Under the pieces are notes generated by a model, which did no database searches, was not told the DNA's origin, and saw only the letters and a program-made list of their open reading frames with translations. A stretch of 64,000 nt of DNA, taken from a phage. This document shows positions 53,108-62,216 of the stretch, in pieces. The position numbers and the translations under genes are program-made. The stretch's first letter is position 1. Each line of letters begins with the position of its first letter. Location: the sequence record PZ402300.1, one strand, 5' to 3'.

Positions 53108-54048
53108 TCAGTAATAGTCTCGCCAGGGATTAATTTACGGAATTGGATAAAGTGAAGCAGGTTACCTGAGTACAGATTCCCTTCTTTATCCATGGATGTA
53201 ACACCTTGTTCCCATGTAACTGGGTTCATGTTATTCACATATTTCTCACCAAGGTTCATAGGCGTAGCTTGATGTTCCGTTGGAGAAGCATGAATAGGTT
53301 GGTTTTCCACTAACTTAGTAAATAAGCCAAGGTCTTCTTCAATAGTAGAAGGTCGTCCTTCAAAGTTGTTATATGAAGCACGGGCACAACGTGCAGCACT
53401 TACTTTAAGAAGTAGGCCATGCACTTCTGCATCACTTGGTTCATCGCGTGTAATTCGATTACGTTTGCAGAAATTGTAAGCCCCAACACGGTCAATATGA
53501 GCAATATACGGCATATGCCATTGTCCATACGGTAATGCCCTTGGTGTACTTTCTTCATGTGCCTTACGCATTGCTTGAGCCAGTTCACGAATCTCTGGTT
53601 GTGCATCTTTGTGGTCACGCAGTCCATAGAAATTAGCCCAGCTAGTTGAGGTTACCACCACACGGATATGTGTGAATGGTTCTAGAATACGGTTAACAAT
53701 CTGCTTATGTACTTGCCCACGACGTAGCTGTTCAGCATACACAGCAGCAGCAGATGCAGCGTTATCCCAGATAAACTTGGCATCCTCAATCTCCATAGGA
53801 GTGAGTTCTTTCTCTGCTTGCATACCTTTCTGGTTCTTGCCCCAGTGACTTGGCATCACTGGTTCATTACGAACCTGTTCGATAAGCTTAGAGGTGGGAA
53901 TAGCACGACTGCTTGAAGCGTTACGGTTAAATACACGGTGGGTCATAAACTCACTGTGAATGAATCTGGGATAAACCAATTCAAAGGTTGTGATACGGGT
54001 TCCTGTTTCTGGATGAACGGAATCTGCAATTACTGATGCCTTAATCAT
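53104..54048 (-). CDS. thyX: flavin-dependent thymidylate synthase (ThyX)
   Basis: ThyX signature RHR(x7)S in FMTHRVFNRNASSSRAIP. Confidence 0.75.
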   Translation of the reverse strand: MIKASVIADSVHPETGTRITTFELVYPRFIHSEFMTHRVFNRNASSSRAIPTSKLIEQVRNEPVMPSHWGKNQKGMQAEKELTPMEIEDAKFIWDNAASAAAVYAEQLRRGQVHKQIVNRILEPFTHIRVVVTSTSWANFYGLRDHKDAQPEIRELAQAMRKAHEESTPRALPYGQWHMPYIAHIDRVGAYNFCKRNRITRDEPSDAEVHGLLLKVSAARCARASYNNFEGRPSTIEEDLGLFTKLVENQPIHASPTEHQATPMNLGEKYVNNMNPVTWEQGVTSMDKEGNLYSGNLLHFIQFRKLIPGETITE

Positions 54049-54491
54049 TAGAATGACCTTAGATAGTTGGTGATACCACTTCTCGTCTCTGTGATTCTCT
54101 TAACCTGAACGTATACCAGCTTAAACTCACTACGGGGTAGTTCTTGTAATACTGCTACACCTTCAGTAAGGGCCACAGAACACGCTATAGCGGTTTCTTC
54201 TTTAAAGGAGTACAAGTCTTCATACATGAGGGCTTCATACTCTTTACGGAGCATACAGAGAGCATGTCTTGCTTTATCACTTACTTCTCGTGAACCAGCA
54301 GACATAGCTAAGCTGTATATGATAAAGACTTGTTCAAAAACAAAGTCCAGTAATCTATCAGGATTGTTAGTCCCCATGAATAGTTTTGTTGTGTAGGAAC
54401 GAGCTTTACGGTTGAGTTCATACTCATTCTCTATACCTTTCTTATAAAGAACATGTCTTTGTTCTCTTTTTCTTAGGAATGGGATACGCAT
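54048..54491 (-). CDS. hypothetical protein
   Basis: 147-aa ORF. Confidence 0.4.
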   Translation of the reverse strand: MRIPFLRKREQRHVLYKKGIENEYELNRKARSYTTKLFMGTNNPDRLLDFVFEQVFIIYSLAMSAGSREVSDKARHALCMLRKEYEALMYEDLYSFKEETAIACSVALTEGVAVLQELPRSEFKLVYVQVKRITETRSGITNYLRSF

Positions 54492-54874
54492 TAGTATTTA
54501 CTACCTCTTCTATACCAGGGGTAGTGGTGAGTAGTACTTTTACTCTTGAACAAGTCACGAGTAATGGGATTCTTTCGTAATTGCTCCAGGTATAGGTACA
54601 TGTGACCTTCTCCTGGATATGCCCAGAACTTATCTATGATTCGGTCTACCTTAGATTTCAGATGTGGTTCCGGGGGAATGTATGGATGAAAAGATCTGCT
54701 AGTAGTCCATCCTTTTTGAACAAGAACCTGCATTGCTGCATAAACATCAGGATCAATTCCATTATCTTCTACTAGGTCATGGATAGTTTTACCCAAAGTG
54801 AGTATTGCAGTTTGTTCTAGTTTACTTAAGTCCAGCCCATACAAGATAGACTTACCATTTCGTCTGTTTGTCAT
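54491..54874 (-). CDS. hypothetical protein
   Basis: Start moved to ATG 54874 (AGGT RBS) because upstream ATG lies inside a terminator hairpin. Confidence 0.35.
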   Translation of the reverse strand: MTNRRNGKSILYGLDLSKLEQTAILTLGKTIHDLVEDNGIDPDVYAAMQVLVQKGWTTSRSFHPYIPPEPHLKSKVDRIIDKFWAYPGEGHMYLYLEQLRKNPITRDLFKSKSTTHHYPWYRRGSKY

Positions 54875-54888
54875 AAGAGTACCTGTAA

Positions 54889-54915
54889 TTAAAAAGCCCA
54901 CGGGTTAGGTGGGCT
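54889..54915 (-). terminator. rho-independent terminator
   Basis: gcccac-gggttag-gtgggc hairpin with U-run on minus strand. Confidence 0.6.
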
Positions 54916-54990
54916 TGGGTTAGGAGATGGATAAGCAATGAGCTGGAAGTAACTTCCACAAGCACCACTATGTAATGATGCTTAGGTTAG

Positions 54991-55269
54991 TTACTCTTCT
55001 TTGCTGCCACCATTGGTTTGTACAACAGTTACATTTGTAACCTGGCTCTGGCCTTTGTTGGACAATGCCCAAATCAGTGCTACTACCCAGAATACTAGTG
55101 TCCAGCCTAATACGATATTGAGTACACCAATACCCCACTTAGAGGCATGACCTCGCGAAAAAGCAATGATAGTAGGGATAAGGTATACAGCTAATACAAA
55201 CAACATAACAAGGATTGCTGCTAAAGATTCCATGATGGTTCCTATGTGGGGTTGAGTTAGTTTCTTCAC
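54991..55269 (-). CDS. small membrane protein
   Basis: Two long hydrophobic segments. Confidence 0.4.
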   Translation of the reverse strand: MKKLTQPHIGTIMESLAAILVMLFVLAVYLIPTIIAFSRGHASKWGIGVLNIVLGWTLVFWVVALIWALSNKGQSQVTNVTVVQTNGGSKEE

Positions 55270-55306
55270 AGATAGCCCAACTATGTTGGGCTATTTAGGC
55301 AGCTAC

Positions 55307-55510
55307 TTACTCAGCATCTTTACTTGCAGGAGCAAGGGCTTTCTTCAGGTAACCACGCACAGAGCGATAGCTTTCTTTCACAGATACAGAACGACCATCA
55401 ATCAGATGGATTACAGCACCAGCCGGAGTTTCATCTACGTCTACTACGTTAGTTGCAACAATAGTTTTACGCATAGTGCTGTCGGTAGGGGTTACTTGAA
55501 ATACTGACAT
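55307..55510 (-). CDS. hypothetical small protein
   Basis: 67-aa ORF. Confidence 0.3.
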   Translation of the reverse strand: MSVFQVTPTDSTMRKTIVATNVVDVDETPAGAVIHLIDGRSVSVKESYRSVRGYLKKALAPASKDAE

Positions 55511-55519
55511 GTTGTTTCC

Positions 55520-56026
55520 TTATTTACTGCTTCTTGCAGCTACTGGTTTGTTTTCCTGGTTCATGTACTTGCCATTGTAATTAGCAGGTTCCTGAACCAG
55601 ATGAAATAATACTTGAGCTATCCCGGAACCAGCCGGGATATGTAATTTCTTACGACCATGATAGACCAGTTCAAGGGTAAGATACCCTTTCCATCCTGGT
55701 TCTATTACGGTATTGAACACTGATAGTGCACGTCTTGCCCATGTAGACTTATCGTGAACGATTGCTACACAGGAAGGAGACATGTTGAACTTCTCAATTG
55801 CTGAAGCCAATGTGAATTTACCGAAATGTCGTGATACTTGATTTCCATCAACGACCTTCACCATTGGAATCAAACCAAATAAGCGATAGAAGGTAATATC
55901 TTGTTTGATACGAATATCATAACCAGCTTCACCCAATCCATAGCTTACACCGTGCTCTGATACCTTACGGTCTGGGACGTCCAGCAACTGAGATGAACGA
56001 TATAGAGAATTACCATTAACAACCAT
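55520..56026 (-). CDS. dCTP deaminase / dUTPase-family protein
   Basis: GLGEAGYDIRI and EPGWKGYLTLEL motifs typical of dCTP deaminase family. Confidence 0.6.
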   Translation of the reverse strand: MVVNGNSLYRSSQLLDVPDRKVSEHGVSYGLGEAGYDIRIKQDITFYRLFGLIPMVKVVDGNQVSRHFGKFTLASAIEKFNMSPSCVAIVHDKSTWARRALSVFNTVIEPGWKGYLTLELVYHGRKKLHIPAGSGIAQVLFHLVQEPANYNGKYMNQENKPVAARSSK

Positions 56027-57213
56027 TATTTCATTCCTTTAGGGATATGAACTACCTCCCCAAAAGGTACGGTAGCATTGGGATTATTCAGAACACACCA
56101 GATGATAGGAATATCAAATGGCAATTCTTCCATAGGGTGAACATACATATCGGAGAATATGATTGCAGCGGTTGGCTTATTCTTAACAATCCATTCGCGT
56201 ACTGGTTCAAGGTTTGTACCACCACGACCAGTAATCTTAATCTCTTCAAAAGTATCTTCTTCAGTGATGTCTATCTCTTCCTGGATAACATCGTCGAAGG
56301 TGATTAGGGTCATCTTCTTAGGATTGAACTGGCTTTTAACGTAGGCAACCTCTGAGTTAAAACGCAGAGAGTCAGCACTACTGATGGAACCAGATACATC
56401 TTCAAAGTAGGCTAGGTGTCGCAAACGTCCTTCATCATCTTCCAAAGAAGGTAGATAGATATCAGTGTAACGACGGTTAGGTCTGGCCCACGTATAGTGA
56501 GTGTCATCAATGTCGGTAAAGAAGTTCATGAGTACTTCTTGCCATGGAACCACTGGTTTAAGGAATTGGGTAATAACCTCTTCCATACGACCAGCACCTT
56601 TACCAGGCATTGTTCCACCAGCCATTTTCTGGCTCTGCATTGCACGTACTACGTTGTTGACGACAGCACCCTGGGACTGCCCCGAAGTGGGGGATTTCAT
56701 GTCGCCAGCAAGACCTGCTCCAGCACCCCCTGACGGCTTCTGCCTTTTCTGAGGGTTTTTCATCAGGTCATCATAGATGTCTTCTTCGACCCACCCTTTA
56801 TATTGAGGGTCTTTGCAAATACCTTCATCAATACCAGTGAACTTGTAACCATCCTCCTCTAACTGAAGGTTAATGAAGTGATCACATGCCTGGTTCCAGA
56901 CTTCTGGGTCACGGCTTCCACGACGGATGTCATGTAGATATGCCACATGCCAGAGTTCGTGCATTAATACTGTTTCTCTTGCATCTGGACACATCCAGAT
57001 AAAGAAGTCTGGGTTGAAATGTAGTTCTATCCCATCAGTACATGCAGTGGGACAATCCTCACGTTTCCATGAGAATTTAAGACTACATAGTAATGAACCA
57101 AAAAAGGCTGCGCTGCGTCCCAGAAATGCCTGAGCCTGAATACGGTCATACTCACGCATGAGTTGTTCATCACTAAGAGTGTGCTGAGGAAATTGGTTCA
57201 TTGTTTTATCCAT
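56026..57213 (-). CDS. VWA-domain protein with HExxH metallopeptidase-like motif
   Basis: HELWHVAYLH motif; paired with downstream AAA ATPase. Confidence 0.45.
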   Translation of the reverse strand: MDKTMNQFPQHTLSDEQLMREYDRIQAQAFLGRSAAFFGSLLCSLKFSWKREDCPTACTDGIELHFNPDFFIWMCPDARETVLMHELWHVAYLHDIRRGSRDPEVWNQACDHFINLQLEEDGYKFTGIDEGICKDPQYKGWVEEDIYDDLMKNPQKRQKPSGGAGAGLAGDMKSPTSGQSQGAVVNNVVRAMQSQKMAGGTMPGKGAGRMEEVITQFLKPVVPWQEVLMNFFTDIDDTHYTWARPNRRYTDIYLPSLEDDEGRLRHLAYFEDVSGSISSADSLRFNSEVAYVKSQFNPKKMTLITFDDVIQEEIDITEEDTFEEIKITGRGGTNLEPVREWIVKNKPTAAIIFSDMYVHPMEELPFDIPIIWCVLNNPNATVPFGEVVHIPKGMK

Positions 57214-58258
57214 GAATGTAGCGAGAGATATTAGCAGCAGCCTTACGCCATTCAGAAGTAGCCTGAAGTTCTGGCAATGCTCTGCCTACTGTACGGAAGT
57301 ACAGAATCTTATGGGTGAACGTTTTAAAGCGTTCAATGTACTGAAGAACATCAGCGAAGTTCTCTTCAGTAGTCTTGTTAGCCAGATGGTTAACAGTAGC
57401 CCAGCATAGGTTGTTATCTTCCGGTAGTGCACAGCCTAATGGGTCTTTGACTACCTTTTCAATCGTAATGATACGATTGTACACCTGAGTAAACTGAACA
57501 AATTCTGTAGCCTTACCAGCAGTAACGTGTCCTGCGTAGTAAAGAGAATCTTCATCAGGCAGAGCACCTTCTGGCAGGTTCTTGAGGTCTTTGTTAACAA
57601 AGTCCCATGTACGAGGGCAACAGAACGTTTTATTCTTGTGGGCTGGGTCGAAGTCATGTAAATAACCTGGGTTAGCATGTAAGAATGCAACCAGACGTTC
57701 ATCCCATTGCTGAGGAATCATTACGTCTTCAACAAAGATGTCGAAGTTAAGTTCCATTTCAAAATGAACCACACGAGACTGCATTGCAGTACCTAGTGGG
57801 TTAACAATGGCACGGTCAGTGGCTTTGTTACCAGCACAGACAATCATCACATTAGGATGAAGTTTTTTCTGACCAGTCATGCGGTCCAGAATCAGTTTGT
57901 ATGCAGCAGCTACCACTTCTTTCTTAGCTGAGTTGAATTCGTCAAGGAACAAAATCCACCCGTTATATCCTTCTGGTACTTCATCTCCCTCAATGGGGAA
58001 TAAGTCAGCGAATGGAATAAACTCTGCACGGTCACCATTACGGAATGGCAGACCAGAAAGGTCTTCTGGGGCAGAAGTAGACAGACGATGATCTATCAGC
58101 TTCATACCAAATTCTTCTGCAATAGAACGAATGATTGCGGATTTACCCATGCCTGGAGATGAAGTCAGGAACGGTACGTTACCCGCTTTCAGAGCACGGA
58201 TAATAAAGTTGCGAGCTTGACGTGAATTACATACAGTCAAGGAGTCGATGTTTGCCAT
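57206..58258 (-). CDS. AAA+ ATPase (MoxR-like)
   Basis: Walker A SSPGMGKSAI, Walker B ILFLDEFN. Confidence 0.6.
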   Translation of the reverse strand: MANIDSLTVCNSRQARNFIIRALKAGNVPFLTSSPGMGKSAIIRSIAEEFGMKLIDHRLSTSAPEDLSGLPFRNGDRAEFIPFADLFPIEGDEVPEGYNGWILFLDEFNSAKKEVVAAAYKLILDRMTGQKKLHPNVMIVCAGNKATDRAIVNPLGTAMQSRVVHFEMELNFDIFVEDVMIPQQWDERLVAFLHANPGYLHDFDPAHKNKTFCCPRTWDFVNKDLKNLPEGALPDEDSLYYAGHVTAGKATEFVQFTQVYNRIITIEKVVKDPLGCALPEDNNLCWATVNHLANKTTEENFADVLQYIERFKTFTHKILYFRTVGRALPELQATSEWRKAAANISRYIHG

Positions 58259-58292
58259 TTACTTACTCTCCTAAAGCTAATGGAATTACTAA

Positions 58293-58619
58293 TTAAGATT
58301 TAATACATGGATATGCTGTATCAATTGCTAACAGAACCATGTCTGATGGTACTTTTACTGCATTAACCTTTCGGTCATACAGAATAATAGTGGCTACTTT
58401 GTCAAAGACATTTCCTAACTTTAAACTATCTGGTACGCAGTTCTTACCTGCCTCTACGCCCATAGTAACCATGCCCATGAAGTAACCCTGGTTCACAAAG
58501 TTTGCATTATTGGCTTTGTAGTCAGCAGCAGCGTCTAACAGAGTTTCACGGCTAGATGCTTGAGCATTGAATGACAGAACTGATAAAGCTACTACAGCAA
58601 CAGCAATTAAAGTTTTCAT
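58293..58619 (-). CDS. small secreted protein
   Basis: N-terminal signal peptide MKTLIAVAVVALSVLSFNAQA. Confidence 0.4.
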   Translation of the reverse strand: MKTLIAVAVVALSVLSFNAQASSRETLLDAAADYKANNANFVNQGYFMGMVTMGVEAGKNCVPDSLKLGNVFDKVATIILYDRKVNAVKVPSDMVLLAIDTAYPCIKS

Positions 58620-58805
58620 TTAGTTACCTTTTAACTCGTTGAGTTGAAGTACTCCGGTAGGGGTTAATGACCACCCAAGACCAGTATTGAACTGTACTAA
58701 GCCCAGCTTCTTAAGAGACTGTGCAGTTTTGTTATTACGGTTGCTGGTGGCAGAACCACCTTGAACCATACGAAGGAAGATTGCTTGGGACTGAGTTAAT
58801 TTCAA
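58620..58805 (-). CDS. hypothetical small protein
   Basis: 61-aa ORF. Confidence 0.3.
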   Translation of the reverse strand: MKLTQSQAIFLRMVQGGSATSNRNNKTAQSLKKLGLVQFNTGLGWSLTPTGVLQLNELKGN

Positions 58806-59011
58806 AGGTAATATCCTTCCAGGTTTATTGGTGTTACGAATGTACTTGCTGATAGACAGAAAGACTTACCAGTCTCTACTGCAACAGCAGCAGGTTTACC
58901 ATCAGGTAGGTGAATCTTTAGACATACCGTCTGGTTATAAATAAACCCATTAGCAGGCTCTACATCACCGAAAGTTACTTCATTACTTTCAGAACGATTT
59001 GTTACTTTCAC
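58802..59011 (-). CDS. hypothetical small protein
   Basis: 69-aa ORF, 4-nt overlaps. Confidence 0.3.
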   Translation of the reverse strand: MKVTNRSESNEVTFGDVEPANGFIYNQTVCLKIHLPDGKPAAVAVETGKSFCLSASTFVTPINLEGYYL

Positions 59012-59268
59012 TCATCTTCTCCTTCATCCGGTAGCGGTGACAAATCTACACCTAAATACTTCAGGCGTTTCTCTAAGTCATCTACCTTATTTTGATAAAA
59101 CGACAGTAGATCAGGAAGTATTCTTGTACGAGCTTGTGGTCCTAAATCCGTATCGTAGAAGGATACTTTCACCATATGTGGAGCTTTCTTCAAACTAGCT
59201 AATTGCTGACGGTTGTCGTTGTATTCTTCATACAATTTTTCAACCAAATGTATGTTATGAATATTCAT
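59008..59268 (-). CDS. hypothetical small protein
   Basis: 86-aa ORF. Confidence 0.3.
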   Translation of the reverse strand: MNIHNIHLVEKLYEEYNDNRQQLASLKKAPHMVKVSFYDTDLGPQARTRILPDLLSFYQNKVDDLEKRLKYLGVDLSPLPDEGEDE

Positions 59269-59486
59269 TTCTTCTCCGGTACGAACTGCATTACACAGTT
59301 TTGATTACGAGGGATATTAAGTTCACATTCATACTTGAGGGTTTGTGTTACAGAGTTTGGAGTATAACCAAAGTAGGTATTAGAAATAGCTACAAATCCT
59401 GCACCTATCAAACCACCGAGTAAGAATGAGAAGAATGCAATCTCTTTATACATTTCCTGGCTCCAGATGTAGAAAACCCCAGTCAA
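59265..59486 (-). CDS. small membrane protein
   Basis: One TM segment. Confidence 0.3.
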   Translation of the reverse strand: MTGVFYIWSQEMYKEIAFFSFLLGGLIGAGFVAISNTYFGYTPNSVTQTLKYECELNIPRNQNCVMQFVPEKK

Positions 59487-59514
59487 TGCTGGGGTTTACC
59501 TATCAGTTCATGCT

Positions 59515-59775
59515 TTATAGACCATGTGGTCGGCATAGACTACCCGAACCAAACGAACGGTGTCCAAGTCGGCCCAGGATTAGATTGCTTACTTCAGCAG
59601 CAGCACGACTGAACGCTTTAAAATCAAAGACTACGACACCAAAGAGTGGGGCTGCAATAGCAGCTACCATGACTGGCGTCAGGTCAATCAATGACATACC
59701 CAAGATTACATGGGCAGCGTAGGCAATTAAGCCCATTACAGCACCACAACCATATCCAATAGCAATTTTACGCAT
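59515..59775 (-). CDS. small membrane protein
   Basis: Two hydrophobic segments. Confidence 0.3.
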   Translation of the reverse strand: MRKIAIGYGCGAVMGLIAYAAHVILGMSLIDLTPVMVAAIAAPLFGVVVFDFKAFSRAAAEVSNLILGRLGHRSFGSGSLCRPHGL

Positions 59776-59830
59776 AGTTACCTTCTTAGTTAGTAGATTG
59801 ATACATATTCATATAACAGACAAACAATAG

Positions 59831-59862
59831 TCAAAAAAAGACCTCCCTTCAATAGGGAGGTC
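59831..59862 (-). terminator. rho-independent terminator
   Basis: gacctccc-tcaata-gggaggtc hairpin with poly-U on minus strand. Confidence 0.7.
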
Positions 59863-59912
59863 AAACTTGAGGGTTTCACTTCAGGGTTTATAACCCCAAA
59901 CAAAGAATACCC

Positions 59913-60809
59913 TTATTCTGCAACAGTAACAGGGATGGTTACATCGACAGTACCGTTGGTAACTACTACAGAAGTAGCATCACCAGCAGCTACTGGTTTA
60001 ACTGTCAGTACGTTACCGGCAATGGTAGCCGTAGCACGTCCAGACTCTGGAGCAGTCTTGATAGACAAAGCACCAGAAGAAGAACCAACAGGCATAGCAA
60101 CAATTGTTACGGTCTTACCATCAGTAGTATCGGCAGCAACAGACAGAGCCAGTGAAGCAGGAGTAGCTACCAGAGAGCTTGCTTCGTAGTAGCCTACAGC
60201 CAGCAAAGACTCATCTTCTACCGTGGTTCCATTAGCATCAGTAACAATCACCTTATAAGTACCGGCAGAGGCAGCTGTTACGTCTTTAAGAGTCAATGTT
60301 GCAGCAGCAGCGGATGGGTTAGTACTGGAGCTAATATCAGCGAATGCTGCACCAGCAGTATCAGCTTTGAACTGCCATTTATAAGTAAATGGTGCTTTAC
60401 CACCTGCTACATCAACATGCCAGTTAATATCTTCACCTTCGATAGCAGAGACTACACGAGGCAGTTTGGTAGCAATAGTCAGTCGTGGAGTAGCTTTCAT
60501 ATCAATAGAGATAGACTGCATATCTACGATATTGTTAGGCCAGAAGCCTTCTTCAGATGGGTCTTTAGCAGAGCGTTTATACAGCAGATCACGAACACCA
60601 TGGAAGATAACTAAGCTATCTGGGTAAGTGGCATCTGGGTGTATAAAAGTACCTACTTCTACGGAACCACCCGGGATAGAACCACTGGCATCCAGTACAG
60701 TTGCGACATTAGTGGTTTTGTTAAAACCTACTTTCAAAGTTGGCATATCAATTTCCTCATAAGTAAATGGCAGAGTTAGTATACATGACAGATAAAAAAA
60801 TAAACCCAC
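59913..60809 (-). CDS. Ig-like domain protein (candidate capsid decoration protein)
   Basis: Thr/Ala/Val-rich beta-strand repeats resembling bacterial Ig-like domains; good expression signals and terminator. Confidence 0.4.
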   Translation of the reverse strand: MGLFFYLSCILTLPFTYEEIDMPTLKVGFNKTTNVATVLDASGSIPGGSVEVGTFIHPDATYPDSLVIFHGVRDLLYKRSAKDPSEEGFWPNNIVDMQSISIDMKATPRLTIATKLPRVVSAIEGEDINWHVDVAGGKAPFTYKWQFKADTAGAAFADISSSTNPSAAAATLTLKDVTAASAGTYKVIVTDANGTTVEDESLLAVGYYEASSLVATPASLALSVAADTTDGKTVTIVAMPVGSSSGALSIKTAPESGRATATIAGNVLTVKPVAAGDATSVVVTNGTVDVTIPVTVAE

Positions 60810-60822
60810 CTAGTGGTGGGTT
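60793..60822 (-). terminator. rho-independent terminator
   Basis: aacccacc-tagt-ggtgggtt hairpin with poly-U on minus strand. Confidence 0.65.
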
Positions 60823-61036
60823 AGCTATTTACACAGTAAATAGCAAAAGCTATCCATCCTGTCATTACAAAGCAACCAAGTGAGTATGCCCCATAGTAGT
60901 AGTAAGCAAACTTAGACTTGTGGGCACGGACTATTGTAGTCAGAACCAGTACAGATAAAGCTATCAGTATTAACTGAAAGATTACTTCAAAAGTGATTAG
61001 CATAGTTGCTACCTCCAAGCAAAAAATATGCCTCAC
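60821..61036 (-). CDS. small membrane protein
   Basis: Two hydrophobic helices in 71 aa. Confidence 0.35.
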   Translation of the reverse strand: MRHIFCLEVATMLITFEVIFQLILIALSVLVLTTIVRAHKSKFAYYYYGAYSLGCFVMTGWIAFAIYCVNS

Positions 61037-61053
61037 TCCCGAAGGAATGAGGC
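61017..61053 (-). terminator. terminator after RNA polymerase gene
   Basis: gcctcactcc/ggaatgaggc imperfect hairpin with U-run on minus strand. Confidence 0.55.
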
Positions 61054-61060
61054 TAGTTTA

Positions 61061-61248
61061 TTAACTTAATGCATAATCTGTTTCAAGGATGTCCTGCCAG
61101 AGGCTGTCATCCAGCTTACCAGCAGAGAACTCTTGTCCCAGTACCTGAGTCAGGATGAATCCCAGTAAGTCACTCTTAGCAATGTCAGACAGAATCTGAT
61201 TGTACTGACGACGCAGGTCATTACCGTAGTTAGGATGGCATCTAAAAC
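61061..61248 (-). CDS. T7-like single-subunit RNA polymerase, exon 3 (C-terminal 62 codons)
   Basis: Spliced reading gives ...HD-CFRCHPNYGNDL...DILETDYALS, aligning with the T7 RNAP C-terminus HDSFGTIP...DILESDFAFA. Confidence 0.55.
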
Positions 61249-62216
61249 CATTAGTTAAACGAGTCGTTAGCTCGCCCTTACCTTCCATGATTAACATGGA
61301 AGCCATACGTAGCATCTGCTTCTTTACGAGCAAGCATTGCCTCCTCAAGTGTGTCATACGTACCCAGACCGATCTGTTTACGATTGACTGTGATGTGTGC
61401 CTGGAATCTACCAGAAGGTAATATTCTTACACCATTCACTTTGCTTGATGTATTACGTGATAAACCCATATTCATCTGGTTCTGTCTACTGGTTACATTT
61501 CTCAGATTAGACCAACGGTTGTCGTTTCTAATGTGATTGATGTGATCCACCTGGTTAGGTGTTTCCCCTGTTTCCATTATCCAGATTATTCGATGCAGTA
61601 AGTACTCTTTACGACCCAGACTAACAGATAAATAGCCTTCTTTGTGAGGATACCCCACAATTGTTCCGGCTAATCCACTAGCAGAGTCGTAACGATGAGT
61701 TACTAGCCCACTTTCTCTGTCATACCGTAAAACCTTCTTCAAAGATTCTTGGGTAATAGTATCCAAGTCTTTTATCAGGTTCTTACAGGTAGGACATAGG
61801 TGGCCTATTGGACTCTTTTTAGCATCATAGAAGTTGCAAACAAACTCACTAGAGCATTGCTTACAACTACAGATAGCTGTGTACTTACCAGTTTTACGTA
61901 ATATTTGGGAGTTATCTAACATATGGATTCCTTAGTAATTTTGCATACAATTTCAGATTGTATCCTAACCAAGGAAGTAAGTCTCCAGTTTTCACTGGAG
62001 TATCGGACTATATCATCACCCACTAATCAGTGGGGCAAGGCGCTTGGGTGGTCACTTGACTCACCTACTCTACTCACATACGAAATGTTTTCGATAGTCT
62101 CTGAACCTTCCCTCATGGAGGGCTTGGCTGCTGATTGGCATATCCATAGGACTTAGCTTTCCAGCAATTCACCTTGTTTTCGACACGGATTACTCCGTGA
62201 AGGATCATTTATGTTT
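61249..62216 (-). mobile_element. group I intron 2 with HNH-AP2 homing endonuclease ORF
   Basis: P gaattgctggaaag 62170-62156, Q aatcagcagcc 62136-62126, R gttcagagactatcg 62106-62092, S gatgatatagtccga 62017-62003; ends in G; boundaries +/- a few nt. Confidence 0.65.
61278..61922 (-). CDS. HNH homing endonuclease with AP2-like DNA-binding domain (intron-encoded)
   Basis: HNH motif DHINHIRNDNRWSNLR; AP2-like GVRILPSGRFQAHITVNRKQIGLGTYDTLEEA. Confidence 0.75.
   Translation of the reverse strand: MLDNSQILRKTGKYTAICSCKQCSSEFVCNFYDAKKSPIGHLCPTCKNLIKDLDTITQESLKKVLRYDRESGLVTHRYDSASGLAGTIVGYPHKEGYLSVSLGRKEYLLHRIIWIMETGETPNQVDHINHIRNDNRWSNLRNVTSRQNQMNMGLSRNTSSKVNGVRILPSGRFQAHITVNRKQIGLGTYDTLEEAMLARKEADATYGFHVNHGR

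Noticed and set aside
61249-61357. First 36 codons of the 98-aa ORF 61061-61357 (MTHLRRQCLL...) as coding sequence
   Set aside because: This part overlaps the endonuclease gene 3' end and has no polymerase similarity; homology starts near 61248, so it is intron sequence in a chance-open frame.
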